Virus record (IMG/VR): IMGVR_UViG_3300001528_000534
Span: 32,001 to 96,000 of that record
From: a virus
Taxonomy: Duplodnaviria; Caudoviricetes
Length of the DNA: 64,000 bases
Strand: one strand, 5' to 3'
Below the pieces are notes generated by a model. The model did no database searches and had not been told where the DNA came from. It worked only from the letters and a program-made list of their open reading frames with translations. This document shows, in pieces, positions 32,401 through 45,608 of the stretch. Numbering within the stretch: the first letter of the stretch is position 1; every line of letters begins with the position of its first letter. Both the position numbers and the translations under genes were made by a program.

Positions 32401-35400
32401 AAACTACAGAAAAATTAAATAATTTAAATGATGCTTTAGATTCTTATAAAGATTTTTAGAATGACTTAAAAGAATTGACTAAAGGAACCCAAGAGTGGAA
32501 TAAAGCACTTGAAGATTCTAATAAACAAGTTTTAGAATTAATAGAAAATTATCCTTCTATTGCTGGTTAGGTAAAGAGAGGACAAAGCGGAGAATTAATT
32601 CTTGATGAAGAAGCTCAAAATAAAATAGTTAAAGAGTAGGAATAGGAAGTTGCTTCTTCTTATAGAGCAAAACTTGCCGCAGATATTCAAGAAATATAGA
32701 CTTAGGAAATTGCTACTAAAGTAGAGTTATAGCAAGAGATTTTTGGAGAAGTAAAGCTTCTTCCCCTTGATTGGGACTTTTCTGCGGATGATTTAGATAA
32801 AATCGTTACTGCAGTAGAAGCAAATGGAAGTCAAGTGTTAGATGCTTCTAATGCTGCTAGTAGAGAAATTTTATCTTTAGCTGGTTTTACAGATGAACAA
32901 ATTAATGCTATTTAGAATAATTCAGATAAAATTTTATCCGCAGTTGATTCTATTGATAACAATAAAATAGCAGTAGATTTATTAACTCAAGAAATTAGTA
33001 AAATTGATTTTGGAGAGAACGAAGGATATAGCAATTTAACAGAAGAAGAAAAAATTTTAGTTGATAAATTAGCAAATGCGGATGATAAATATAAGGCAGT
33101 AAATGGCGAATCGAATATTGAAGTTCTTGGAAGAACAGAAGGATTAGAGGATTCTCCAGCAATTTTAGCTAAGTTTTTTAAAGAAGCTTTAGAAGAATAG
33201 GGATATGAAGTAAAAGGCAGCAGTATAAAAAAAGATGGAGAAAAATTATCTTCATCAGAAAGAGATGACTTATTAGAACAATTAGCAGGAGAATATGTAT
33301 CTAAAAAATCTTAGGAAGAAAGACAATTAAATGCTGATACTTATATTTAGGCAGCTTAGGCTTTTTCTAAGAGTAATCCTTTATTGGCTTCTTATTTTGC
33401 AACAGGAAATCTTTCTAATACGCCATTTTCTTAGAATTCATAGGCATTAGAAGATGCTAACGAATATCTAAGAGGAGTCCGAGCCCTTGCTGCTAACTAT
33501 CAAAGTAAAAGAAATTATTTACTTTATGATAAAGAAAATTATCTCCGTGAACAAACATACAATGATTATTATGTTAATGAATAGAACATAAATAAATTAG
33601 CAGAGATTTATTAGAAACTCGAAGCAAGTGATGCAAAAGATAAAGATTTAATGTTATAGTTTGCGGCTGTTGCCAAAGGCGTTGATGTTAGTGAACTAAC
33701 AGATGAAGATAAGGTTAGGGTAAATTGGTCTCTTATTTCCGATTCATTTTCAGCGTTAGGGGCAGACAATTATAACATAGGAGCAGAATAGAGATTAGCT
33801 GAATATTCTGCTTTATCAGGTGTTGAATTAGATTCAGATGCTATTGTTGCTTCTATCCAAGAATTTTAGAATGAAGTAGATAACGCTCTAAAAGGTGGAC
33901 AAGAATTAAAAACTGCAGGTACTTCTCAATATGTTGACGAGCAGTATCAAAAGGCTTTAGATGTTTTTGGAGAAGGAAATCTTACTCTTGAACAATAGAA
34001 TTAGCTATAGGATAAAATTCAAAGTATTTGGGATGAAAGCTCTAATGAAGGCGTAGAAGCTTTAATGGCTTCTTTAGATACAGAAGACTTTGAAGCGGCA
34101 ATTAATTTTACTTATAATGGTAATGAAAATGCGGCAGAAGGATTATCTGAAGACCTTCAATAGAAATTAAAAGATTTAAAGGTATCAGAAGATGATTTTA
34201 TTAACCAAAAAGATTTCTTTGAATTTTAGGGTAAAAGTTATTCTGATGATGCTATTGCTAATTACCTTGCCGCACAAAAAGAATTAAATAAGATTTAGAC
34301 TGAATATTAGAAGAATCTTAAAGCAATGGCAAAAGATTCTTCTGTACCAGAGTTCTTTGAGAATTTAAAGAAGGATACTTCTGAATTTACTAGCGAAGAA
34401 ACAGAGTCATTCTTAAATATTAAAAAAGCAATGAGTGAATTGTTTGGACGCGATGTAAGTACAGAATGGGTACAAAATCATTTAGATTTAATTAAAGAGT
34501 TTGCGGTTGAAGGTAAAAATGTCACTGCAGAGTTAAATGCTGCAAAATTAGAGATGGACGAAATAACATAGGAAGATATGGAAGCTTCTTTAGCTGCGTC
34601 CGCGAGAACTAATTAGGTTAAATTAGGCGCTCGAGCTAGTGAGTATTTCATGTCAGACGTTGAAGAAGTTGCGGCATCTCTTGAATTTAATCAAGAATAG
34701 ACTAAAGCTTTGTTCCAAAAGTATGGATACTATTGGGATGAAAGTCAAAATTCTTATATATATTTAGGAAAAATAGAAGATAAATATACTTATAATGCTT
34801 CTGATAATCCGGAAGATAAAAAGTATACTATTGAAGATTTATAGAAATTACTTGGAAAAGAAACTTTCTCAGTAGAAGAAGCAGAGTCTTTAGGGTTTGT
34901 TTACCATACGGGGAACCGTGGAGAAGCGCCTTATTATACAAGAGAAACTTTATTTAGTGATTCTTTGAAAGTAGAAGTTTCAGAGGAAAATACTGAAACA
35001 AGCACTTATGAAGAATTGCTTAAAAAATTTGGACTTAAAGCTGGAGTAGCTGCTAATAAGATGCTCCAAGCGGCAGGTTGGGTTTTTGATAAAGATGGTA
35101 ATGCTACTCGAACAATTGATGAAACTATTAAAAACGGTAGCGTAAGTTTAGAATATACTTTTGACAGTGTTGAAGAAGCAATAAAACAATTAGGAGAAGA
35201 CTTTGAAAAGGCTCTTGAATCAGGCGGAGCAACTATAACAGATGATGGAAATGGACATTTTATAGCAACAATAAATGCAACTATTAGTGGTGAAGCTAGT
35301 GTAGTTGGAGAACAAGGTGCCGCAGAAGTTGATGAAGATACTTCTACTACTAAAAAAGATACAACAGATAAATTCCAAGATTTAAACGATTAGATAAGTA

Positions 35401-38400
35401 AATATGACGCTTAGCTTTCTCATTTATAGAAATTAGAAAAAGGATTAGTTGGAACCGCTTTAGCAGAAAATATATAGGAGCAAAATAAAGTTAGAGAAAA
35501 ACAAATTTCTTTAATTAAAGAAAAGATATCTTTAACTAAAACTGAATTGTCTTAGTAGAGAGAATAGTTAAAAGCTCAAGGTCTTACTTTTGACGCAGAA
35601 GGATATTTGACTAACGCCGCATAGGTACTTCAATCTCTTGAAAATACTGATGCTTATGATACATTATCAACTTCAATTTCCAATTATCGTTCATTATTAG
35701 AAAGTTTACCTGACCTTGAAGATTCTCTTATTGTAGAGACTCCTGAAATTGACCCTCTGTTTGAAGTAAATAATTTAGTAGATGAATATAATACAAAATT
35801 AAAAAGATTACAAGAGACACAGGAGAATTTCTCTGGTGAAGCTTTAGTTAATAATTTACAAGAATAGGTTGAGTTATATCAAGATTTAATAGACGCTTAG
35901 AAAACTATGTATGCTATTAGGTCTACAACATTAGGCGATAGTAGAGAAGTCTTAAAAGGTTATGGTTTTACATTTGATGAAAGTGGAAAATTATCTGGCG
36001 GATTGTCTGATACGAAGTTAACTGCGGAAGGTGAAAAGTAGTAGATTACACTCCAAGAACGTTTAGAAGAAATTGCCAACTCAGATAACATAGCTTTAAA
36101 AGAATCTTATAGCTCTATTATTTCTATATTACAAGAGTATATTAAAGATTATCAGGATTCTCTTGAATTACTTTGGACTATTGAAGACAATGCTAAAAAA
36201 CAAGGCGAAGCTATGGCGCAAGGAGCTCTTGTAGAAGTTTCCAAGGCGGCAGAAGATGCTAAAAAGAGTCTCGAAAAAGCGAATAAAGAATATGAGAAAA
36301 CTGGTACTGCAACAGAGCAAGCTGAAGGATTTACTTTAAAACATGCTTAGGCAGTTAAAGATGAATCAGATGCTTTAGGAGATTTAATTGCAAAACAAGA
36401 AGAGTATATTGCGAAATTAAAAGAAGAAGAGGAACTCTTAGCGAAGAGAGAAAAGAATACTTTTAATACTGATTTATCTAAGGCTGGGATATCTAATGTT
36501 CAGCTAACATTGGAAGACAATGGTACTTCTAATGTTCAAGAAGTTCAAAGTGCGATTGCAGAAGAAATAAAGAAGAGAGAGGAAGCCTTTGAAAAAGCTT
36601 CTGATGCGGAAAAAGAAAAATTACAAGAAGAGATTGAAATTCTATCTGCTTTAGCAGGAAGAGTTGAGACAATTAGTGAAAAATGGGAAAATGTTTCAAG
36701 CGAAATAGAAACTGCTACTAATAATTTAAATTCTTATAAAGATAGTGCTAGTGCGGCAGACTTATTAAAAGATGATTTAAACGTATATTATGAAGTTGAT
36801 AATGAATTAGAAGAAATTTCTGATGAATTAAGTCAATTGAAGAGTCAATAGAGCAATCTTGAAGGAGACGCTTTAATCGCTAATTTAAATGAACAAAAAG
36901 CTTTAATTGATAAAGAAATTGTTGCTCAAAAAGAAAAAATTAAATTAGCATAGAAAGTATTAAAAGAACGCCAAGCAGAATTAGAAACAATTTTAAAAAT
37001 CTATTTATTAGAAAAAGATATCGTTGCAGTTTTTGATGAAAAGACTGGCAAAATTTCTAATTATAATGAAATCTTAACTGCGGCATCTACTCTTAGTGAA
37101 GCACAATATAATGAAATTAAGAGTGCTATGGATTTAGTAAATTCTAATGCTGATTCATTAAGAGAACTTAATAATTCTTTAAAGAGTTTAGACAATGAAA
37201 AAGATAGTATTGATAAGAGTATTAAAGAAGCAATTAAAAAACAAAAAGAAAAAGCTAAGAAAGAACTTGAAAAGAAAGTTAAGTGGTTTAATTTACAAGT
37301 AGATGTTGAATTAGATATCTCTGATGCTAACCGCCGCCTTAATGATTTGAAGAAAAAAATTGAAGGCTTGAATGATAATGATATTCTTGGCAATGTAAGA
37401 AAGAATTTTGAAAATTATCAAAGTTATTTTAAAGGTAATGCAGGCTCTTATTTTGGAGCAGGCGATACAGGAGCTATTACTGGTTTAACTTCTCATTTAA
37501 ATGCTATCATGTCTGAAATTAATACAATGCAAGCAGGTGGCACTTCTGGACTATATGGAACAGATTAGGAAAGCGCTTTTGAAGATTTATATAAATATAG
37601 AGATTCTTTAATGAGTTAGCTTGAAGCAGTACAATAGTTAAAAGAAGAAATCAAACAAGCTTATACAGAAATGTTAAATAAGTTTGCAGACAAAGTAAAT
37701 GATATCCTTGATGGTTATAAACAAATAAATGAAATTATTGACCATAACATTAATTTAATTAAATTAACGCAAGGTGAAAATGCATTTGCTGCTATTGGAA
37801 ACTGGTATGGTTAGAAAATAGAGAATGATAAGCAAACTCTCGCTTAGGCTAAAAAGGAAGCTGATTATTGGAAAAAAGCAATGGCTTCCGCCCAAAAAGG
37901 TTCAGAAGAATGGGAGAAATATTATGAAGAATATAGCAGTGCAATTTCTGACTTAAATTCTTTATTAGAATCTTCAATTTAGGATGCTCTTGATTAGTAT
38001 AATAATTTAATTTCTAAAGCTATGGCAGAATTAAATGCTAAATTAAGTGGCGGTTACAATCTTGATTATTTAGATGAAGATTGGGAACATGCAACAGATA
38101 TGGCAGACCGTTATTTAGATAAATTAAATAAAGCTTATGAAGTTACAACTCTAAGGAATAAGGTTGATAAATCTCTTAGTGACATGGATGATTTAGCTGC
38201 TTAGAAAAAACTACGAGACGTAATGGATGAATAGCTTAAAATATTAGAAAACAAAGAGTATCTAACACAATATGACGTAGATAGAGCGAATAAAATTTAT
38301 GAATTGACATTAAAACAAATTGCTTTAGAAGAAGCTCAGAATAATAAATCTAAAATGAGATTAAGGAGAGATTCTCAGGGCAATTACAGATATGAATATG

Positions 38401-39821
38401 TAGCTGATACAGAAGATATTGCTGATAAACAACAAGATTTACTTGATGCTCAAAATGATTTATATAATTTTGATAAAGAGAGATATATCTCTACTCTTGA
38501 CGAAGCTAATTAGGCTTATCGTAAATATACAGAAAGACGAATTGAAATTTTAAATAGCACCACTTATACAGAACAAGAAAAAACTTATTTATTAGACTAG
38601 TTAGATAAAGATTTTCGTGAAAGTCAATTAGGTAGATTAGAAGATTTATAGACAGCAGAACAGAATACAATGCAATCTGCCAATGATTTAAGTTAGCGGT
38701 TATTACAAGAGCAAGTAGATAATTTAGCAGAATTAATTCCTCAAGCTGGTTCTACTACTGCTGAATTTGTCCATAATATTTTGGATGGAGAAGGTGGAAT
38801 TAATAGTTCAATATCAGCAACTTTTGATATGCTGGATAACGAAGCTAAAAGATTGCAGGATACTATTGCAGATTTAGCTAATTCCGCAGGTGTTAATTTA
38901 GATACTCTTGCGAGTGGGTTTGACCCTGTTATAGATAATGTAAGAGATTTAATTAAAGAAAATGAAAATTTAGCGAGGTAGTACGAACAAGAATTGAATT
39001 CTATTGGAGCAGTTATTGCTTAGTTAGAAGCTTTAGAATAGCAATATAATGCTGTATATTAGGCAGCTTTAAAAACAATTGAAATAGCAAATCAATTAAG
39101 ACAATAGTAGACAAAAGATGATGATGATAGCACTACAACTAAAACAACTAATAAAGCAGCTAATAACAAAGCAAATACTTCCCAATCTTCAACAGATGCT
39201 ACTAAAGAAGATACGAATAAATCTAATAAATAGCATTAGAAACGAGTTGTGTATCATAATGGTAGTTTATACTTCTTATCCACAGATAAACCGGATGCGA
39301 AAGAAAAAGCTTATCTTAAAAAAATGGGTTAGGATTGGAAAATTCTTAATATGAATGGATATTAGACTTCTGGTTCTAAATTAATTAATACTACTACTAA
39401 AAAAGCTGTTGATGGATATCAAGCTAGTTGGTATACTTTTAAAGGATTTAATACAGGTGGATACACTGGAGATTGGAACTCTAACGAAGGAAAATTAGCA
39501 GTATTACACTAGAAAGAACTTGTTTTAAATCAAAAAGATACACAGAATATTCTTTCTGCTGTTGAAGCAGTAAGGAAATTATCAGACAGTTCTACTTCTA
39601 ATTTGGCATCATTCTTAACGAAGAGAGAAATGATTCAGGATTCTCAGTCTATAACCCAAATCTTAAAGCAAATAGCAGAAAATATAAAATCTAATGAATT
39701 ATAGTAGAATGTAAAAATTGAAGCGAACTTCCCAGATGTTAAAAATGCGGATGAAATTAAAAATGCTTTCAATAATTTAATAAATATAGCAAGTATGCAC
39801 GCAAATTCTACTAGAAGGTAA
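29487..39821 (+). CDS. tape measure protein, 3444 aa (TAG=Gln)
   Basis: The main track fragments from 29886 to 38781 share one frame. TP901-like core (IVTGKSADEMERFA...VGTAYKTIYAR), central hydrophobic segments, long coiled coils, C-terminal TGGYTG...LH(TAG)KELVLN. Confidence 0.88.
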
Positions 39822-39828
39822 CATAATT

Positions 39829-39868
39829 AAAGAGCTAATTGATAATATATCAATTAGCTCTTTTTTTT
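39829..39868 (+). terminator. intrinsic terminator after TMP
   Basis: AAAGAGCTAATTGATA...TATCAATTAGCTCTTT followed by a T-run. Confidence 0.8.
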
Positions 39869-39945
39869 CGGTATAAATTGTTTAATTTTTTTGCAATATT
39901 TTTTATATTAATTAATAGAAGAGAGTTAAAAGGAGAGAATTAATC

Positions 39946-42900
39946 TTGAAGAGTATAGAAAATCAAATTTGCGAAGCTATTGAAATCATAGCTAAAAATG
40001 AAGTTTCAAATGCTAATTTTGATAAAACTATTACCGCAGAAATTATTGAGCAGTATGATTTAACAAAAGGTTAGTATAAAGTAAAATATTAGAATAGCAC
40101 TTTTTTTGCTTTTTCAGAGGATTTAAATAAAATTTATCCTTTAAATGAATTAGTTTATATTTTAGTCCCTAGTAATGATTTTTCAAAAACTAAGAAAATT
40201 ATAGGTCTTGTTTATAACACAACTTTAGATATTAATTCTCCAAATTCTACTAAAGATAAATATGAAGAATTAGGTCCAGATTGTATTTTAGATGAGGATA
40301 AAGAATATAATTTATGTTCTTACAATTCTAAAGATACTAATAACAATCCTGTATATTTTTCAAAGACTGTTTATGAAAAAAATGGCTCTTATAATCAATT
40401 TACTATTGATGAAATTGAATTAGCAGAACAGCTAAAAGAAGCTACACATTTGTTATTAGGTGCGACTATTAAAACTAATTTACCTATTGAATAGCAAATT
40501 AATGGTAATTATGGTATTAAATTAACTTTAAGTGTTTTAGATGGGCAAAACAATAGAAAAGATGTTTCTTGTGTTTTAAATACTGATAAGATGACTGGTA
40601 ATCCATATAAAATGATTACTAAGACAAGATAGACAATTGCTTTTGAATTAAATAATTATACTTCGATAAGTATAAAAGAAATAGAATTGTTTGTAGAGAA
40701 GTTCCCCGGCTAGCGGATAGACCCTGTAATCAATGATATTTTCATTTCTGATTTAACATTACAAGGAGCTAGACTGTTAGACAGCGAAGAATTAAATTCT
40801 TATTATTTAAGTGTTTATGCCCCTCAAGGGTCTTATTTTGGTGGCGGCAATGATACAAAAGAGCTTTCTCTTAAAGCAGAATTTAAAATTAAAGGAAAGA
40901 CAGTATCTCCAGAATCTTATAAAATTAATTTTTATTGGTTTAAAGAAAATCCCAGCGTAACAACAGAATCTCCTTATTATTGTTCTTTAGGGGGTTAGGG
41001 CTGGGAATGTTTAAATGAAAAAAAAGAAACAGTTTTAGATTCCGCAACAGGAGAAATTCTTACTTAGTGGCAAGCTGGTAGCGATACTTTTATCATAAAA
41101 AAATCAGATGTGATTACTAAAGAATTAAAGTATAAATGCGTTGCAGTTTATGGAGAGTCTCCTTTTGAAAGAACTAAATTAATATTAAATTTTGATGCAA
41201 ATTATGAAATTATATTGAACTCTTCCGAAGGAACTACTTTTTATATGGATAAAGGTATAACTACACTTAGTTGTATTGTAAGAGAAAAAGGAATTGAAGT
41301 ACCCGAAGAAGAATGTACTTTTAGCTGGTATTCAACCTCTCCCAATGCTGGATATACAATAGAAAAGATATCTAAAGAAAATAGCTATTTAGTAGATATT
41401 TCAAATTATACCTCTTATGTAGAATTTAAATGCGCAGTTTTTAGAAATAATAATTATTTAGGCTATGGTATGATAAAGTTGCTTAATTTATTAGAATCGC
41501 CGCCTTAGAATTATACTTTATCTATTGTTAATGGAACTTAGATTTTTAAATATAATACAGAAGGTTTAAGTCCTTTTACTGTATCTTAGGACAAGATAGA
41601 TTTAGCTATTGATAAAGAAGCTCCCGCGTTAACTTTTAATATTTTTGATAATAAAACTGGAGCTACTATTACAGAGGAAAGTTTTAAAGAAAAATCTTCT
41701 TCTGTAACATGGTATATTCCAAAAGAAAATACTATGTTATCTATTGAAAAAAGTTTATTAAATCCAGAAGAAATTAAAATTAATGGATTATCTTATTATA
41801 AAGTAATTGGCACTTCTTTAAAATATTCTATTGCTAATAGTTTTAATAGATATAATGATAATAATACTATATAGCTCGAAGTAAAATATGACGGAGAAAT
41901 TCTTAAATAGACAACTTCTTTTTTATTTGTTAAAGAAGGAGATAATGGAACAAATGGAACAAATTATGTATGTAAAATTGTTCCTATGGGTTATCCTGAG
42001 TTGGGAAGCAAAAACGAGGCTTTAGACATTCCTTTTATTGTAAATAGAAAAGCTTTAGATTATGGGTGGTATTATCCTCTTAATATTTAGAATAAAAATA
42101 ATCCTAATTGGTTTGATATTGAAATTTGGAGAGATGGAGAAAAAATTACTTTTTCAAATGAGGAAGCCCCTACTGTTAAATGGTCTTTAATGGAATCTTT
42201 AGGCATTAATGCAGACAAAAGAAATACTTATTATCATGTAACAGATAATTAGTTTTATTTATCACCTTTTTCTACTTCTGCAACAGAATTTAAAGAAGAC
42301 GTTCCAAGTTATGACAATATTACTAAAGTTGAAGTTTCTTTAACAGAGCAGGATATTTAGAGCGGAACTTCTCAAGAAAAAATATTATATGCAACTTTAC
42401 CTGTTGGGGCTATTTATAATGCAGGAAGTAATAGTATATAGCTAATTAGAAATAGCGGTTTTAGATATGTAGTATATGAGAGTGATGGCACTAGACCTTC
42501 TTATAACAGTTAGAATCCTTTTGAAGTAAGAATGTTAGATGATTAGGGTAAAGACATCACAGAAAATTATCATTATTATTGGAGCATTGAAGGTGGATAC
42601 ACTGATTTAAAGGGCGATTATGTTAAGTCTAATGATTTAATTTTAAGAAAAGTTGGTACCATTGCCCCTAAAACTGAAAATAATGATAATGAACTATATG
42701 AAAATCAAGCTAACGTTTAGCCTGCATAGGCTTACAATGGTTTAAGTGTATCTAATGCTGTTGTATGCCGAGTATGTGTAAAGATAGAAGAGAATAAACC
42801 TGAATATGACCCAGATTTATTAGTAAGTGCTATCAGAATACCTATTCATTCTTATATTAACAGATTTGGTCATGCCGCAATTAATGGCTGGGATGGAAAT

Positions 42901-44853
42901 ACTGTTTAGATAGATGAAGAAGGCGGCATTGTATTAGCTCCATAGATAGGTGCTGGTTCAAAAAATGAAAATAATCAATTCACAGGTATTCTTATGGGAG
43001 AAGCTATCTTAAATAAATAGCATAAAAATGGATTGATTGGTTTCCATGAAGGAGAATAGTCTATTTTCTTAGATGCGGAGACTGGTGCCGCATCTTTTGG
43101 TAAACAGGGAAATGGACAAATTATTTTAGACCCCTCAAAAGAAGAAGCAATTATAAAATCTGGAAATTATGATACTTCTAATAAAAGAGAAGGTATGGCT
43201 ATTAATTTATCAGAGCCTTCTATTAGATATGGTAATGGAAACTTCTCTGTGGATGCTAATGGTATCTTATCTTGTAAAGGAGCAACAGTAAGTGGAAATT
43301 TCTTTATTAATGCAGGAGATAATTCTGCTTCTTTTACAGATTCTGATATGTATATTCATTTTATTGGCGGAGACCCTAAAATGGAAACTTTCATCGCGCC
43401 CGGATTCTTCTCCTTTAAAGAAGTGGACCCGAGTGGAGTTGATGGAAAGGCTTACGGTATTTGGTGGGATGGCAGTAGCGGTTCTGAAAGTGGATTAAAT
43501 ATTAGAGGTAATTTTTCTACTTCTTTTACGGAAGCCGCATATAAAGATGATGATACTGATTAGAAAGAACCTTATTAGACTGGAAAAGGATATGTTTATT
43601 TTGGTTCTAATGGCGGAATGCTTATTTCTTATGAGAATGATGATGTAACAACAGATGATGAAACTCATGTCTCTTGTAATTTAACACCTACTTCTTTTTC
43701 TTTTATGAAGGAATGGAAAGAGCCGGGTGAATATGGTCTTATGGAAGACTAGTCTTCTGGTATTAGATTCGATGTCGATTCTGGCTTGGAGGTCATTGGT
43801 AAAATTACCGCTAAATCGGGTGAAATTGGTGGATGGCTGATAGAAGATGATTCGATTTCTGCCAAAAATGGTACTATGATTATCCATAGTGACGGTAGAA
43901 TTTCAGGACTCTCTAGCTCAGATGGCGGAGGAAATCTTTCTGGTTCAATGTTTTCTGTTGGTTCTTCTTATAAAACAGGACTAAGAGATGGTGGCTTATA
44001 CATCTATGGAGCGGCAGGCATTAGTTCTTCTGAATATAATAAAATTTCTAAAAATGAAGAACAGGCTAAAAAAGAAGCTGATAAAAATGGATATACCGCA
44101 CCTGAAAGTACAATATTTAAAAATGGAAATGATGCTTTTAAATGGGGCATGAGAGGTGTTTTAGATGTCTATGAATATGCAGATTATGGTCCCGGTGTGC
44201 GATTAAGTTCTAAGAACCCCGGTTATAAAATGGAAACAGAAGAAGGAGAAGAAATCAAGGTTGATACACCTATTTACTTTTGCGTAGATGGAAAAATAGC
44301 TATGATTTTATAGTCTAGTAATGATGATGACCCTGATACTTTACCTGATGAAAGCAAATAGCGCTTATTTTTCCCTTATTCTATTACAAATTATTAGAAA
44401 AATCCTGATGGTTCTTATGTATTAGACGCAGACGGTAATAAATAGGTAGAAAATATTGAACAAAAAGAAGGTACTACTTTAGATAGAAATCAAGTTTACT
44501 CAAACGATTTCGTTTTCTTAAAAGAAGATTTAAAAACAAATGCTTAGACAGCAGTTTCCGCAATTAATGAACTTGCTTCTGTACCCAAAAAAGCTTAGTA
44601 TAAGAAAGGAACAGGAGAATATGATACTATAAAAGAATATTATGATGTTGTTAAAAAAGAAAAGCAAGAAGACGGTAGCATTAAAGAAGTAAAAGCAGAA
44701 GAAATTTATGAATATCATATTGGTGTCGTTAATCGAGACGAAGAAGATGAAGAAGTTACTTATATTGAACGTCAAGAAATTAAAGATGAAGAAGGAAATA
44801 TAATTGTTAAAGGTTTTAAAATGGCTTTAGAAGGATTCTTTACAGGAATATAA
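39946..44853 (+). CDS. large tail tip/baseplate protein, 1635 aa (TAG=Gln)
   Basis: Track fragments 41110, 43195 and 43786 share one frame. Beta-rich with a GKITAKSGEIGGW spike-type motif. Confidence 0.7.
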
Positions 44854-44869
44854 AGGAGATTAACCTATT

Positions 44870-45058
44870 ATGAAAACAGTAAATGAAATAGCTATAAAAA
44901 CAGATGAAGGATTTGAAGGTCCTTATCCAATAGGCACTTCTGATAAATATGTTAACTGTACTTTTAATAACGAGAAAGTAACATTAAATGCCGCATTGGG
45001 AGATATTCAAAAATAGATAAATGAAGTAAAAATTCAATGGACGGATATAGGGGTCTAA
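44870..45058 (+). CDS. small hypothetical protein
   Basis: RBS, 62 aa with one TAG. Confidence 0.55.
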
Positions 45059-45111
45059 AAGAAATAATTTGTTCTTCTATAAAATCATATATATAGAAGG
45101 AGCGTGAAAAT

Positions 45112-45579
45112 ATGGAGCTAATACAACAATATTCAGTTTCAGAAATAATTATTATGTTAATTCTTTTGGCGGCAGCTTTAAAAGGATTAATTAATTTTTA
45201 TGATTGGGCAAAAGAAAAAATATTAAAGATTTTTCACAAAGAACAAAAAAAAGAAGAAGAAAAGCAAGATATTGAAAAAACATTATCTGAGCATGATGAA
45301 AGAATGAAAAGCCTTATGAAAGGTTAGGATAATCTTAATACTCAGATACAATCACTAATGGAAAAAATAAATTTATTAATAGAATCAGACAGAGATGATA
45401 TAAAATCTTGGATTACTGAAAAACATCATTTTTATTGCTTTCATTAGAAATGGATTGATGACTATAGTTTAGACTGTCTTGAAAAACGTTTTGCGCATTA
45501 TGAGCAAGAGAATGGAAATTCTTTTGTAGAAGGGTTAATGAAAGATTTAAGGTCTTTACCACGTTAGCCAAAAGAATAA
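45112..45579 (+). CDS. putative holin-like membrane protein (TAG=Gln)
   Basis: N-terminal TM helix, coiled coil, C-terminal Y...NGNS...L.SLP pattern common in Firmicutes phages. Confidence 0.45.
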
Positions 45580-45608
45580 TAGAATAAGAGATAAAGGAGA
45601 TAAAAGAA

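Noticed and set aside
39277-39285. DnaA box TTATCCACA
   Set aside because: A single copy inside the TMP coding sequence, expected by chance.
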